A stretch of DNA of 63,074 nucleotides, counting the filler, from Sphacelaria rigidula (lineage: Eukaryota): assembly GCA_964200075.2 (NCBI GenBank). It is 10 parts of 10 records of this genome, joined end to end, with 100 filler letters (N's around TTAATTAATTAA, not from the genome) between each part and the next. Parts side by side here need not be neighbours in the genome. Positions count along the whole stretch, not along the records: positions 18,955 to 25,172 come from CAXNAA020021441.1; positions 25,273 to 31,489 come from CAXNAA020021442.1; positions 31,590 to 37,806 come from CAXNAA020021443.1; 7 more parts are not named here. One strand, given 5' to 3'. The first letter of the stretch is position 1; every line of letters starts with the position of its first letter. Made by a program: the position numbers and the translations under genes. The notes below the pieces were generated by a model. It was not told the origin of the DNA, searched no databases, and saw only the letters and a list, made by a program, of their open reading frames with translations. Shown piece by piece: positions 24,290-37,006 of the stretch.

Positions 24290-25172
24290 CTGCCCGAAGC
24301 AACAACGACGACAACAACAAATGTTGATACCAACAAAGGTGGGGGGAGGCTGCAAGATAACACTGGAGAAATATCTGCTTGACTGAAACCTCCACTATTG
24401 CTCGCTCAGAACGTGGGAGATAGAAAAAGATGGGCGGGTCGTGTACTGGCGACGAAACCCTGGATAGGCTCAATATGTTGAAGGACCGTGAGTGACGCTC
24501 CCTCCCCTTCTACCTGAGATCGCATCTTGAAGTGCGACCCTTGCCCAACGTGTCGCGTCATCGCTCTTCATTGAACATCAAATCAAGCTGGCAATGTGAT
24601 CGTCACGCCAACAGGTCTACAGCCGACATTGCAACAGCTGGGATCGTGTGAATCTTGTTATTGCATCGTGTGCGGGCACAGCGCTTGTACTTACTTGGTG
24701 TACTGTTTGAAGCTCGATGTGTCTGTCCTTCTTTGACGCACAGAGCCTGCTGCCGAAATTCGTGTCCACAATCAGCATTGGTCGTGTTCACTCTTCTGCC
24801 CCCTTCTTTTGCAATGCTTCCCCATAGGCAAAGTCAAGAATATAGTTATGGCAGAAACGAACGCCTACCCTTTTGCAACGAGGTGCACCATCAAGAGCTA
24901 TTGTAGACAGCACTCCCTCTGCTCTATGATCCCTACTCTGCTCATGTTGCTCATGTCAATGCAAAATTCAGGTTCGCACAAACTAACACATCATTCGGAA
25001 CAAGTCAAATGCACATCAATTTGCCACTGCGGGGAGTGCCTTCCCAAAGTTCCAGTGCATCGAACTGCAGGAGGGCGAGTTACACGTCTTAAGTCACAGA
25101 TAGCACTGATTAATGTTCGACGGGGGGAGGGAGGGGGGGTGTACTCATGATCATGCATGCCATAGTCCTAAG

Positions 25173-25272
25173 NNNNNNNNNNNNNNNNNNNNNNNNNNNN
25201 NNNNNNNNNNNNNNNNTTAATTAATTAANNNNNNNNNNNNNNNNNNNNNNNNNNNNNNNNNNNNNNNNNNNN
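25173..25272. other. Artificial contig spacer
   Basis: N-run + TTAATTAATTAA + N-run. Confidence 0.97.
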
Positions 25273-28200
25273 CTTTTACGAGTGCTTCGAAATAGTAAAA
25301 TCAGTGCGATGCTTGGGTATATCTCGGCCCATCTCGAGTGAAGAACTTGTTTTTCAATCTTCACGTCGGCCAATCTGCACTCTAACTTCGTACCCAGCCC
25401 ATCTCTACAGCCGTCACAACGACCACTATACCCAGACAACGTATTATTGCCCTTCCGTGCCCTAAATTATGGGACGGGCGTGTGAGAAGGCCATCAGTCG
25501 GGAGTCGTCATACACGAGGATACCTTCAACTGCACGGGCCCATCACGTCGCCCGGATGTGGGTGCTATCTTTGTCTTCCATTTCTGTTCAATTTTCGGTT
25601 GAAAGCATATGTCGTCTTCATCCGGTGCTCGGTTCGTACGAATGAAAACAAATAACTGAGCCCGATAAATGGCCGCACACCCCCCTTGCTAAACTCCGGA
25701 GAGAATCAACGTTCTGAACAAACAACGAACGATAATCACCATCGAGAATCGATCAGTAGTTCCAAGTATCACCGTGTGCTGTCCCCACTGCCTTCTTCAC
25801 TCGCAAACCTCGCTGGTGAAACCAGCGCTGTTTCGGCTCGACAACGGCCGGAACCTTTCACGAGTGCTTCGAAATAGTAGAATCAGTGCGATGCTTGGGT
25901 ATGTCTCGGCCCATCTCAAGTCAAGAACTTGTTGTTCAATCTTCACGTCGGCCGAGTCTGCCCTCTAACTTCGTAACAAACCCATCTGTACAGCCGTCAC
26001 AACGACCACCATACCCAGACAACGTATTATCGCCCTTCAGTGCCCTAAATTATGGGACGGGCGTGTGAGAAGGCCATCAGCCGGGAGTCATCATACAAGA
26101 AGATTCCCTAAACTGTATGGGCCCATCACGTTGCCCGGATGTGGGTGCTATCTTTGTCTTCCATTTCTGTTCAATTTTCGGTTGAAAGCATCTTTATTCG
26201 GTGCTCGGTTCGTACATATGGGAACGAATAACTGAGCCCGAAAATGGCCGCACACCCCCCTTGCTAAACTACGGAGAGAATCAACGTTCCAAACAAACAA
26301 CGAACGATAATCACAATCGAGAATCCATTGCTAGTTCTACGTATCACCGTGTGTTGTCCCCACGGCCTTCTACACTGACAAACCTCGCTGATAAAACCAG
26401 CGCTCTTCCGGCTCGACAACGGCCGAAACCTTTTGCGAGTGCTTCGAAATAGTAGAATCAGTGCGATGCTTGGGTATATCTCGGCCCATCTCGAGTGGAA
26501 ATTTTGTTATTCAATCTTCACGTCGGCGGAGTCTGCTCTTCAACTTCGTAAAGAACTCATCTGTACAGCCGTCACAACGACCACTATACCCAGACAACGT
26601 ATTATCGCCCTTCAGTGCCCTCAATTATGGGACGGGCGTGTGAGAAGGCCATCAGTCGGGAGTCGTCATACACGAGGATACCTTCAACTGTACGGGCCCA
26701 TCACGTCGTCCGGATTTTGGTGCGATCTTTGTCTTCCATTTCTGTTCAATTGTCGATTGAAAGCATATGTCGTCTTCATCCGGTGCTCGGTTCGTACGAA
26801 TGAAAACAAATCACCGAGCCCGAAAATGGCCGCACACCCCCCTGGCTAAACTCCGGAGAGAATCGACGTTCTAAACGAACAACGAACGATAATCACCATC
26901 GAGAATCGATCAGTGGTTCCACGTATCACCGTGTGCTGTCCCCACTGCCTTTTACACTGGCAAACCTCGCTGGTGAAACCAGCGCTCTTTCGGCTCGACA
27001 ACGGCCGAAACCTTTTGCGAGTGCTTCGAAATAGTAGAATCAGTGCGATGCTTGGGTATATCCTGGCCCATCTCGAGTGGAAAACTTGTTATTCAATCTT
27101 CACGTCGGCCGAGTCTGCCCCTAACATCGTAACGAACCCATCTGTACAGCCGTCACAACGACCACTATACCCAGACAACGTATTATCGCCCTTCAGTGCC
27201 CTAAATTATGGGACGGGCGTGTGAGAAGGCCATCAGTCGGGAGTCGTCATACAAGAAGATACCATACACTGCACGGGCCCATCACGTCGCCCGGATATTG
27301 GTCCGATCTTTGTCTAACATTTTTGGTCGATTTTCGATTAAAAGCATCTTCATTCGGTGCTCGGTTCGTACGAATGAAAACAAATAACCGAGCCCGAAAA
27401 TGGCCGCACACCCCCCTTGCTAAACTCCGGAGATAATCGACGTTCCAAACAAACAACGAACGATAATCACCATCGAGAATCAATCACTGGTTTTATGCAA
27501 CATCATGTGATGGACCCCACTGCCTTCTTCGCTGTCAAACCTCGCTGGTAAAACCAGCGCTCTTTCGGCTCGACAACGGCCGAAACCTTCGACGAGTGCT
27601 CCGAAATAGTAGAATCAGTGCGATGCTTGGGCATATTTCGGCCCATCTCGAGTGGAAAACTTGTTATTCAATCTTCACGTCGGCCGAGTCTGCTCTCCTA
27701 CTTCGTGAAGAACCCATCTGTACAGCCGTCACAACGACCACTATACCCAGACAACGTATTATCGCTCTTCCGTGCCCTAAATTATGGGACGGGCGAGTGA
27801 GAAGGCCATCAGTCCGTAGTCGTCATACGAGAGGATACCCTGAACTGTACGGGCCCATCACGTTGCCCGGATGTTGGTCCGATCTTTGTCTTCCATTTTT
27901 GGTCAATATTCGATGAAAAGCAGATTTTGTCTCCATTCGGTGCTCGGTTCGTACGAAAGGAAACGATAACCGAGCCCGGAAATGGCCGCACACCCCCCTT
28001 GCTAAACTCCGGAGATAATCGACGTTCTGGACAATCAATGAACGATAATCACCATCGAGAATCAATCACTAGTTTTACGCAACACCATGTGTTGGACCCC
28101 ACTGCCTTCTTCGCTGTCAAACCTCGCTGGTGAAACCAGCGCTCTTTCGGCTCGACAACGGCCGAAACCTTTCACGAGTGCTCCGAAATTGTAGAACGAG

Positions 28201-30960
28201 TGCGATGCTTGGGTATACTCGGCCCATCTCAAGTGGAAAACTTGTTATTCAATCTTCACGTCGGCCGAGTCTGCTCTCCTACTTCGTGAAGAACCCATCT
28301 GTACAGCCGTCACAACGACCACTATACCCAGATAACGTATTATCGCCCTTCAGCGCCCTAGATTATGAGACGGGCGTGTGAGAAGGCCATCAGTCCGTAG
28401 TCGTCATACAAGAGGATACCCTTACCTGCACGAGCCCATCACGTTGCCCGGATGTTGGTCCGATCTTTGTCTTCCATTTTTGGTCAATTTTCGGTTGAAA
28501 GCATATTTTGTCTCCATTCGGTGCTCGGTTCGTACGAATGAAAACAAATCACCGAGCCCGAAAATGGCCGCACACCCCCCTTGCTGAACTCCGGAGAGAA
28601 TCAACGTTCTAAACAAACAACGGACGAGTATCACAATCGAGAGTCAATCACTAGTTTTGCGTATCACCGTGTGCTGTCCCCACTGCCTTTTACACTGACG
28701 AACCTCGCTGGTGAAACCAGCGCTGTTTCGGCTCTACAACGGCCGAAACCTTTTGCGAGTGCTTCGGAATAGTAGAACGAGTGCGATGCTTGGGTATATT
28801 TCTGCCCCATCTCAAGTAAAGAACTTGTTATTCGAATTTTCACGTCGGCCGCGTCCGCCCTCTGAATTCGTAACAAACCCATCTGTACAGCCGTCACAAC
28901 GACCATTATACCCAGACAACGAATTATTGCCCTTCAGTGCCCTGAATCATGGGACGTGGTCTTGCATATTTGGTCAGTTTTCGGTTGAAAGCACATGTTG
29001 TCTTCATTCGTTGCTCCGTTCGTACGAATGAAAACAAATAACCGAGCCCGATAAATGGCCGCACATCTCCCTTGCTAAACTCCGGAGAGAATCGACGTTC
29101 TGAACAAACAACGAACGATAATCACCATCGAGAATCAATAACTAGTTCTACGCATCACCGTGTGCTGTCCCCACGGCCTTCTTCACTGACAAACCTCGCT
29201 GGTGAAACCAGCGCTCTTTCGGCTCGACAATGGCCGAAACCTTTTACGAGTGCTTCGAAATAGTAGAGTCAGTGCGATGCTTGGGTATATCTCGGCCCAT
29301 CTCAAGTAAAGAACTTGTTATTCAATCTTCACGTCGGCCAAGTCTGCCCTCTAACTTCGTAGCCAATCCATCTGTACAGCCGTCACAACGACCACTATAC
29401 CCAGACAACGTATTATTGCCCTTCCGTGCCCTCAATTATGGGACGGGCGTGTGAGAAGGCCATCAGTCGGGAGTCGTCATACACGAGGATACCTTCAACT
29501 GTACGGGCACATCACGTCGCCCGGATGTGGGTGCTATCTTTGTCTTCCATTTCTGTTCAATTTTCGGTTGAAAGCATATGTCGTCTTCATCCGGTGCTCC
29601 GTTCGTACGAATGAAAACAAATAACCGAGCCCGAAAATGGCCGCACACCCCCCTTGCTAAACTCCGGAGATAATCGACGTTCCAAACAAACAACGAACGA
29701 TAATCACCATCGAGAATCCATCACTAGTTTTACGCAACACCATGTGATGGACCCCACTGCCTTCTTCGCTGTCAAACCTCGCTGGTAAAACCAGCGCTCT
29801 TTCGGCTCGACAACGGCCGGAACCTTTCACGAGTGCTTCGAAATAGTAGAATCAGTGCGATGCTTGGGTATACTCGGCCCATCTCAAGTGGAAAACTTGT
29901 TATTCAATCTTCACGTCGGCCGACTCTGCCCTCTCACTTCGTGAAGGACCCATCTGTACAGCCGTCACAACGACCACTATACCCAGACAACGTATTATCG
30001 CCCTTCAGCGCCCTAATTATGGGACGGGCGTGTGAGAAGGCCATCAGTCCGTAGTCGTCATACAAGAGGATACCCTAAACTGCACGGGCCCATCACGTTG
30101 CCCGGATGTTGGTCCGATCTTTGTCTTCCATTTTTGGTCGATATTCGATTAAAAGCAGATTTTGTCTCCATTCGGTGCTCGGTTCGTACGAATGAAAACA
30201 AATCACCGAGCCCGAAAATGGCCGCACACCCCCCTTGCTGAACTCCGGAGAGAATCAACGTTCTGAACAAACAACGGACGAGTATCACAATCGAGAGTCA
30301 ATCACTTGTTTTGCGTATCACCGTGTGCTGTCCCCACTGCCTTTTACACTGACAAACCTCGCTGGTAAAAACAGCGCTGTTTCGGCTCTACAACGGCCGA
30401 AACCTTTTGCGAGTGCTTCGAAATAGTAGAACGAGTGCGATGCTTGGGTATATTTCTGCCCCATCTCAAGTAAAGAACTTGTTATTCAATCTTCACGTCG
30501 GCCGAGTCCGCCCTCTCACTTCGTAGCCAACCCATCTGTACAGCCGTCACAACGACCATTATACCCAGACAACGTATTATCGCCCTTCAGTGCCCCGAAT
30601 CATGGGACGGGGTCTTTTTTCTTTTTTGTCAATTTTCGGTTGAAAGCATATTTTGTCTTCATTCGGTGCTTGGTTCGTACGAATGGATACGAATAACCGA
30701 GCCCGAAAATGGCCGCACACCCCCTTGCTAAACTCCGGAGATAATCAACGTTCTGAACAAACAACGAACGTTAATCGCCATCGACAATCCATTGCTAGTT
30801 CTACGTATTACCGTGTGCTGTCCCCACGGCCTTCTACACTGAAAAACCTCGCTGGTAAAACCAGCGCTGTTTCGGTATTATACCCAGACAACGTATTATT
30901 GCCCTTCAGTGCCCTAAATTATGGGACGGGCGTGTGAGAAGGCCATCAGTCGGGGGTCGT
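25273..30960. repeat. Satellite array, ~580-bp monomer, about 10 copies, with higher-order structure
   Basis: The anchor CGAGTGCT(T/C)CG occurs at 25279, 25861, 26436, 27018, 27593, 28175, 28756, 29247, 29830 and 30410 (spacings 582, 575, 582, 575, 582, 581, 491, 583, 580). The array runs off the contig start and ends near 30960. Confidence 0.95.
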
Positions 30961-31489
30961 CTCGTAACCTCCCACCCTTCTAGTCGCGACGCGGAGATTT
31001 CGAAGAAAACGGGCACGGCATGCCAGACAGAATGCGTATCGCGCTTTGAATTTTTCGTTTGGGAGTATGCAGAGTGTGTATCGCTGAGAATTTGAGGGGT
31101 GGGGTTTGTCGCGGGATTTCGTACCACCGTTTCCACAAGTCTACCGTGAATGCCTGAAGTGTATTACACATTATTACTTTCGCTCTTCGCGACTTGACAA
31201 GGAACCGCGTCTCGCGCTTTTACCTCCACCGCACGTGCATTCCAATTTGGTCACAATTTTCGAGTCTAGATTAGGTCAACAGGCTGCACGTGATCGCGAA
31301 ACAAGGCCAAGACGTCGCTTATCCGGATATTCCCGTCTGGGGGAAGTAAAAAGTAAACGACGCTCCGGAGGACGCCCTTCATTCTATCGACCATGTTGTA
31401 GAGGAGCAGTCTATCCACCTTATTTTGGTAGCTACCAACAAACAACTGAGGAAAATGTTTGAGCCTGGCAAGGAGACGTGTAAAGCAAA

Positions 31490-31589
31490 NNNNNNNNNNN
31501 NNNNNNNNNNNNNNNNNNNNNNNNNNNNNNNNNTTAATTAATTAANNNNNNNNNNNNNNNNNNNNNNNNNNNNNNNNNNNNNNNNNNNN
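31490..31589. other. Artificial contig spacer
   Basis: N-run + TTAATTAATTAA + N-run. Confidence 0.97.
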
Positions 31590-32129
31590 GACAGCAGTGG
31601 ACACATGATGTACAGCAGCGGGTAGTGTGCAAATTGACATCATAGCAATGGCGGCATGCGGTGATACAGCTGTCTTGCGAATATCTTTCATCATCGTGCA
31701 AGATGTATTATAGTTGATCACAGCGGGCCGGGTGTGGTGTTGGTTATACTTCATTTCTACAGTAACCATTCCGTGTGTTTCGATCGAATGAGCACATACG
31801 TCGACTCTACTCATTCATTAGAAGAGGAAAATGTGTCAAAACAATCATGCGCAAACTCAAATGCGAGCCTTTGTTTCAACGTTTTTCACCATCAATAACA
31901 GGAAACGTTTTTCAACGTTTTTCACCACCCCCCTGCGTGTACTGTGACGACGGTTTCGAGAAATAGAGCTAATGTGACGAAAAATAAAAAAGATATATCA
32001 AGAATATCGATATTCGATATTTATATTCGATATTGATAAATATCACATCTATCGGTTTTCTACGCTCCGATACCGATATGGCATATCGCCGATATCTATC
32101 GAAATCATATCGATTATCGATATTCAATG

Positions 32130-35060
32130 TGCAACACTGTTCCAGACACTCAAGTCTTCCATAGCATCACCAACGATACTCGCTTTCCCCGACTTGAACA
32201 GCACGTTCGAATCGCAGCCGGATGGCAGCACAGTGGGTGCGGGGGCCACTCTCTTCCAGCCAATGGGAGACGAGTCTCGCATCATCGCATTTGTGAGTAA
32301 TCGGTTTTCATGTACAGACTCGCGTCGAGCACCCACGAAGAGGGGATGTATGGCCGTGATAAGGGGGTCCAACACTTTAGACCGTACCTAAGGGGCAGGA
32401 AGTTTAGATTAGTCACCGACTGTTCCACGCTGATGTGGTTGTTTCGTAGTCGTGATCTGTGTCCCAAGCTTTACAGGTGGGCGCTACCACTTATCGCGTG
32501 CGACATGGAGCTTCGATGGCGGGAAGGAACCCAACACGTGTTAGCTGACGCTGTGTCCCGTCTCCGGCATCAACAGGAACCAGGAGATGACATGGACGAC
32601 TCATTTCCCGACGATTTCACCTTTGGCAGAACCTCGGAAGCTGAAGGTCCCGCGGTCCACAACTGAACGGGAAATGGTTGTCAGAGTTGTCAGCCTATGG
32701 TTGTAAGAGAGAGCACACGGGTGTAGCCGAGGCGAGATACCTAGGCAGCTCGCAAGCACTCCCTTTCGCTGACTGCGCGTCAATAGAAGACAAATCACCC
32801 GGTCGCTACCCCAGTATTCGCCGACCATCCGTGCGCTTGCAGTTCCCCGGCGCTGCTCGCATACGTACCGTTCCCACATATGCTTCGATGAATCTTCGAC
32901 CGCCTGTTGGTCTCACGCCTATTGAAGCCCCTAGGAAGGAGCCTACCCCCATCACCCCTGCCCCAATCAGCGAGCGGCGGGAAGTGGAAGAGGTGCTCAC
33001 CGCTGGGGGGGACAGTCCTTCGACTCCGGTGAAAACCTCAGTGGACACGTTGGCATTCGAGAGAGCGATACAGATGTTGACAACCGCACCCGCGCTGAAA
33101 AGCCAACAGGAGGAGAACACCTTCTTAGGGCAGGTTAGATCGATACTGAGGGGAGAGAAGGCGCACGGTGCGAGTGACAAAGATGGCAAGAGTATGATAG
33201 GTGCCGACGAGGTGCCAGGGGGAAAGGAGGGGCCTAGTACGAAAAATGACGTCAAGAATACGGTGAGTGACGGCATTGCACACAAATACAGTCTAGACGA
33301 TCAAGATGTGGCGTGGTTCACGAAGGACACTGGGAAACCATTGCTAGCCATCCCCCCTGCTATGGTACCCGATATCTTGGCGTTGGTACACACCTTGCAT
33401 GGTCATACTAGAGTAGGAGTCATGCTCTCTGTGATGCGGGATCGTTTTATCTGGCCATCGATGATCAAGGATATCAGGATATACCTGTTATCTTGCAGCT
33501 GTAGGAGGAGAAAGAAGGCTAGTACCCGCAAGGTTGCAATGGCCCCTGGACGAGCCGTAGACCCATGGAAAGAGTTCGAGATGGACTTCCTGAGCATAGA
33601 CACTGCCTCGCTTACGAACAACAAGTACATTCTCTTAATCGTAGATCGAGCCTTCAATTTCCCATTCGGCTTCCCACTTCAATCAAAGCAGGCTGAAAGT
33701 GTAGCTCGTATCCCTGCCGAGCGATGCTTGACATTCGACGTGCCTCGCAAAATCCGCAGTGACGGAGGAACGGAATTTAGAGCCGAGGTGGTACCACACC
33801 TGTGCAGGTGGCTGAAAGCAGACATTGCTTTTGAACCCTCCGATCACCCCAGAGGACAAGGACCAGTCGAGAGGTTGGAGGGATGGCTTATAGACATGCT
33901 GGCGAAGCTGTGTAAATCGTGGCCCCAGAGATGGATCGAGTATGTCTCCCCAGCACTCTGGATCAAGCGTGCCTCGCCTGACGTTTCCCGACCCCAGACA
34001 TGTTTGGACTTTTGTTCGGTCGTAAACCCCGCACGTCTCTAGATTCGCTTATTCCCCTACCTCATGACGTGGAATCGGGTGAAGGACTGGATGTGTTCGT
34101 GGAGCAGCGCAGACGAAACCTCAAGGAGGGACGTCTAGCTCTTGACAGAGAGGCACCCCGCGAAAGCATCGACTCGTGCAAAAATAAACGCCTCAATCGT
34201 GAAACCCTCCCGCGGAGTGTCTGCAAGAGAAGGAGACCTGATCATGGTACGCGAATCAGACAGCACGATACACCGGGACGGTAAGGGTAGGAAAGTGCAA
34301 CACGAAAGGTATACGGGGCCCTGGAAAGTGAAGGAAGTACTGATGACCGGCCTTAGTGTAGAAGTAGTCATGCATGGTTGTAAACGTCATACACCTAGGG
34401 TAGCAGTCTCGGAGGTGAAACCCTTTCATGTTCGTCCACCACGCCTCAGGCACTGGATAGCTGACTGGTTTTCTCAACACATATGGGGTTCAGATTGAAA
34501 GTTCAACACGACTCCTCCCCAAACTCACAAATTAATCACCTTCGTGGATCGCCGTGAGATCTACTCCATGACAGACACTAAGCAGTGGGAACATAAGGCG
34601 AGATCTTCGGAGGGGTAGATATTAGACTAGTTGCCCGAGAGGCAGCATTGGGACAGCTTCTCTTCTTTGGAACTAGACGCTTTCCACGCACTCTGGCACG
34701 TGTACAAACCCGCCGTTGCACCCAACCCACCCTCGTACTCTCCAAGAAGCGCCCCGCTCCTCTGTCGCGCAGTGACACCTTGAAACGTTTCCCCATAGGT
34801 GTAACATTCTGGAAAGACGTTGGAGGTATTAAGGCCAAAGGTCAGGTGTATGACTACAGGAGCCGCTTTTGGCGAGTACGATACGAAGATCGAGACTGGG
34901 AAGGGCTATCCCGTCAGGAACTGGAATGCTTAACGCGGGAAAAGGGACACCAACGGTAGACTGCACCAAAGAGAAACACCGACTTTAGACTGCAGCGGGG
35001 ACGTTAAGGGGTAGTCAGTATATGAGATGGTACAGGACATCATTGCAAGGGGAAGATAGC
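32130..35060 (+). mobile_element. Degenerate Ty3/Gypsy LTR retrotransposon, 3' half: RNase H, integrase, chromo-like segment, Tudor-like domain, PPT
   Basis: RNase H: ILAFPD...DGSTVGAGATLFQ...IIAFVS / HFRPYLRGRKFRLVTDC...LYRWAL...ADAVSRL (32150-32570). Integrase HHCC HTLHGH...FIWPSM..DI..Y..SCSC and core EMDF...LLIVDR...IRSDGGTEF...QGPVER (32678-34042). GPY-like YTGPWKV (34142-34498). Purine tract AAGGGGAAGATAGC followed by TGTAG at 35061 (probable 3' LTR start). Several frameshifts and stops. Confidence 0.92.
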
Positions 35061-37006
35061 TGTAGAATAAACGAAAGAAAAACTATTGCTGGTACCGTAC
35101 TTTCCAGTCATGAATTGCGAGTGTCCTGTTTATGTGATTTGTGAGTGTTCTTGTTTCTGTTTCTTGTTCGGTTTCTTTTCGGGTATTCGTGGCCTTGTTT
35201 GGTTCCCATTTTGTAACATACGAAAACATGTGTAAGCCTAGGCGCAGGGGCTCTATTCTCAGTTTGATCCCATTTTGGAATATGCAAGTACCTGCATACC
35301 TCTCTTCCATTTATGTCATCTTGATAACAATTGTTTTTCATTTTGTAACATACGAAAAAACATGTGAGCCAAGGCGCATGGGCTCTATTCTAAGTAGTAT
35401 AGGAATCAGTATTTACAGAAGAGCACTTCCCAAAAAGCTGCACTCGTGTAACTATTGAGTAGATCTTGGAAAGGTTGTTTTTAGCGAATCCAACCAACGT
35501 TAGATGTGGTTCAAGCCCCACACTACCCCGGAATCCAGTGTAAACTGATCTGGGTCGTCGACGCGTGATGGAGCTAATTAGCCAATCTTTCTCCAGTCTA
35601 ACTGAGATCCTGTGAAACCGACAGCGGTCGTACTTGTCTGCCGTTTCTGTCGTTGGAAAGTGCGTTATAGATTTTTTTCCTTCTCGAACGAGCAGGGCTT
35701 TCCCCTGTCTAACAGGGTTTACCTATCTATCACATACCGAGTGTTCCTCTGCAACGTTAATTTGCAGGTTTTTCTCGTTTCATTATTTCAGGCGTTGATG
35801 CACAGGCTTCGTTTTCCCGGCCCTTCCAGCCCTTGACATATTTTTTTTGTTTAGCCTTAATAAACGTCTGGGGGGGGTGTTCCGGACTTATTCGTTATTT
35901 TCCCTCCGAGTAAAATCCATGTGTCATGTTTTTGCCATGTCTAGTCCTACAGGTCATGTGCCATTTTTGGAGTCTGTTTCATTTCGAAGGCATGTTGACC
36001 CCGAGTTCGCACAGTCTTTGGGAACTCACCTCGAACCACGATTAGCAGCTACTAGCCTGTTGCCAATAATACAAGAAGCATCTACGCCATCACGGACTGC
36101 GATATCAGAGGGGTCTCTGGTCTTCTCACAATGTAAGCCTGATTTCCATGCACAGATAGATGTTGTTCTGCCATCTGAGCTGCTCACGGGTATGTCGCCC
36201 GACGTTGGTGAACGTCGGCTGACTCCGCATTCAGTAAAGTCAAGCTCAACGGATTCAATACACCTGATCGTGTTTGGGCGCGATAGCCCAGGTGCCCACG
36301 AACTGGCACATTTCCCCCTAGACGATGAGTATCGAACCGTGACAGGAATTCATACGCTCGCCGTTTGTCGACATGGAAACCGAGATTAGTTCAGGTCAAT
36401 CGCGTGCCCGATGGCCGATAGCTCGTTGTTGAGATGCTCCGAGAGTGATCGGGTCGGTGTAAAATGATGAACGTCGATCACGTACGTGAACACCCCCCTT
36501 CACCTCAGCCACGGACGGCGTCGGCACGCACAAGCGAAGACAACAAAGAAAGCAGCAATGAATCTGAACTTTCTTGAGGATGTTTGAAGTGATTCGGAGA
36601 GCCGGTTGCTGTGTGTAATGCCTCCAACCTTCAGAAGAGCCTCGATTGAAGTTGCGACAGTCAAGTCTGAGAAGTTCAACCAAGACACGCTTTGCTCGAA
36701 AGGGGTCGAATTGGGAGTGTTCTCGAGTGCGCCCAGAGCCAGAAGCGAAACACAACGCCATGAGCATCAATGAAGCTGAAACTTGTTCAAAGCGTCTCGA
36801 TTGATGTCAGAAGAGCGATGGGGTGGTTTTTTCGCGCAGCGCGGCTTCGAATCAATTAAGGAAAAAACACTGACGGGCGGACAGGATATTTTTCGGATTC
36901 AGGATCAGTAGAAGGCTGTTCACTCCTAGAAGCGTTAAAGGAAATGTTGATCAGTAAGATCGTGAACAAAATCGCAACATCTGGGCGAAGTGCAGGTGAG
37001 GCAGAC

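Noticed and set aside
25273..30960. Recurrent short ORFs in the satellite; possible 5S rDNA or CRISPR array
   Set aside because: ORF ends vary between monomers through frameshifts. I see no 5S rRNA-like sequence and no repeat-plus-unique-spacer organisation.
35847..36770. ORFs of 180 and 124 aa after the Gypsy element
   Set aside because: No recognisable domain. They are likely LTR or intergenic sequence, and I cannot support an env-like or extra ORF call.
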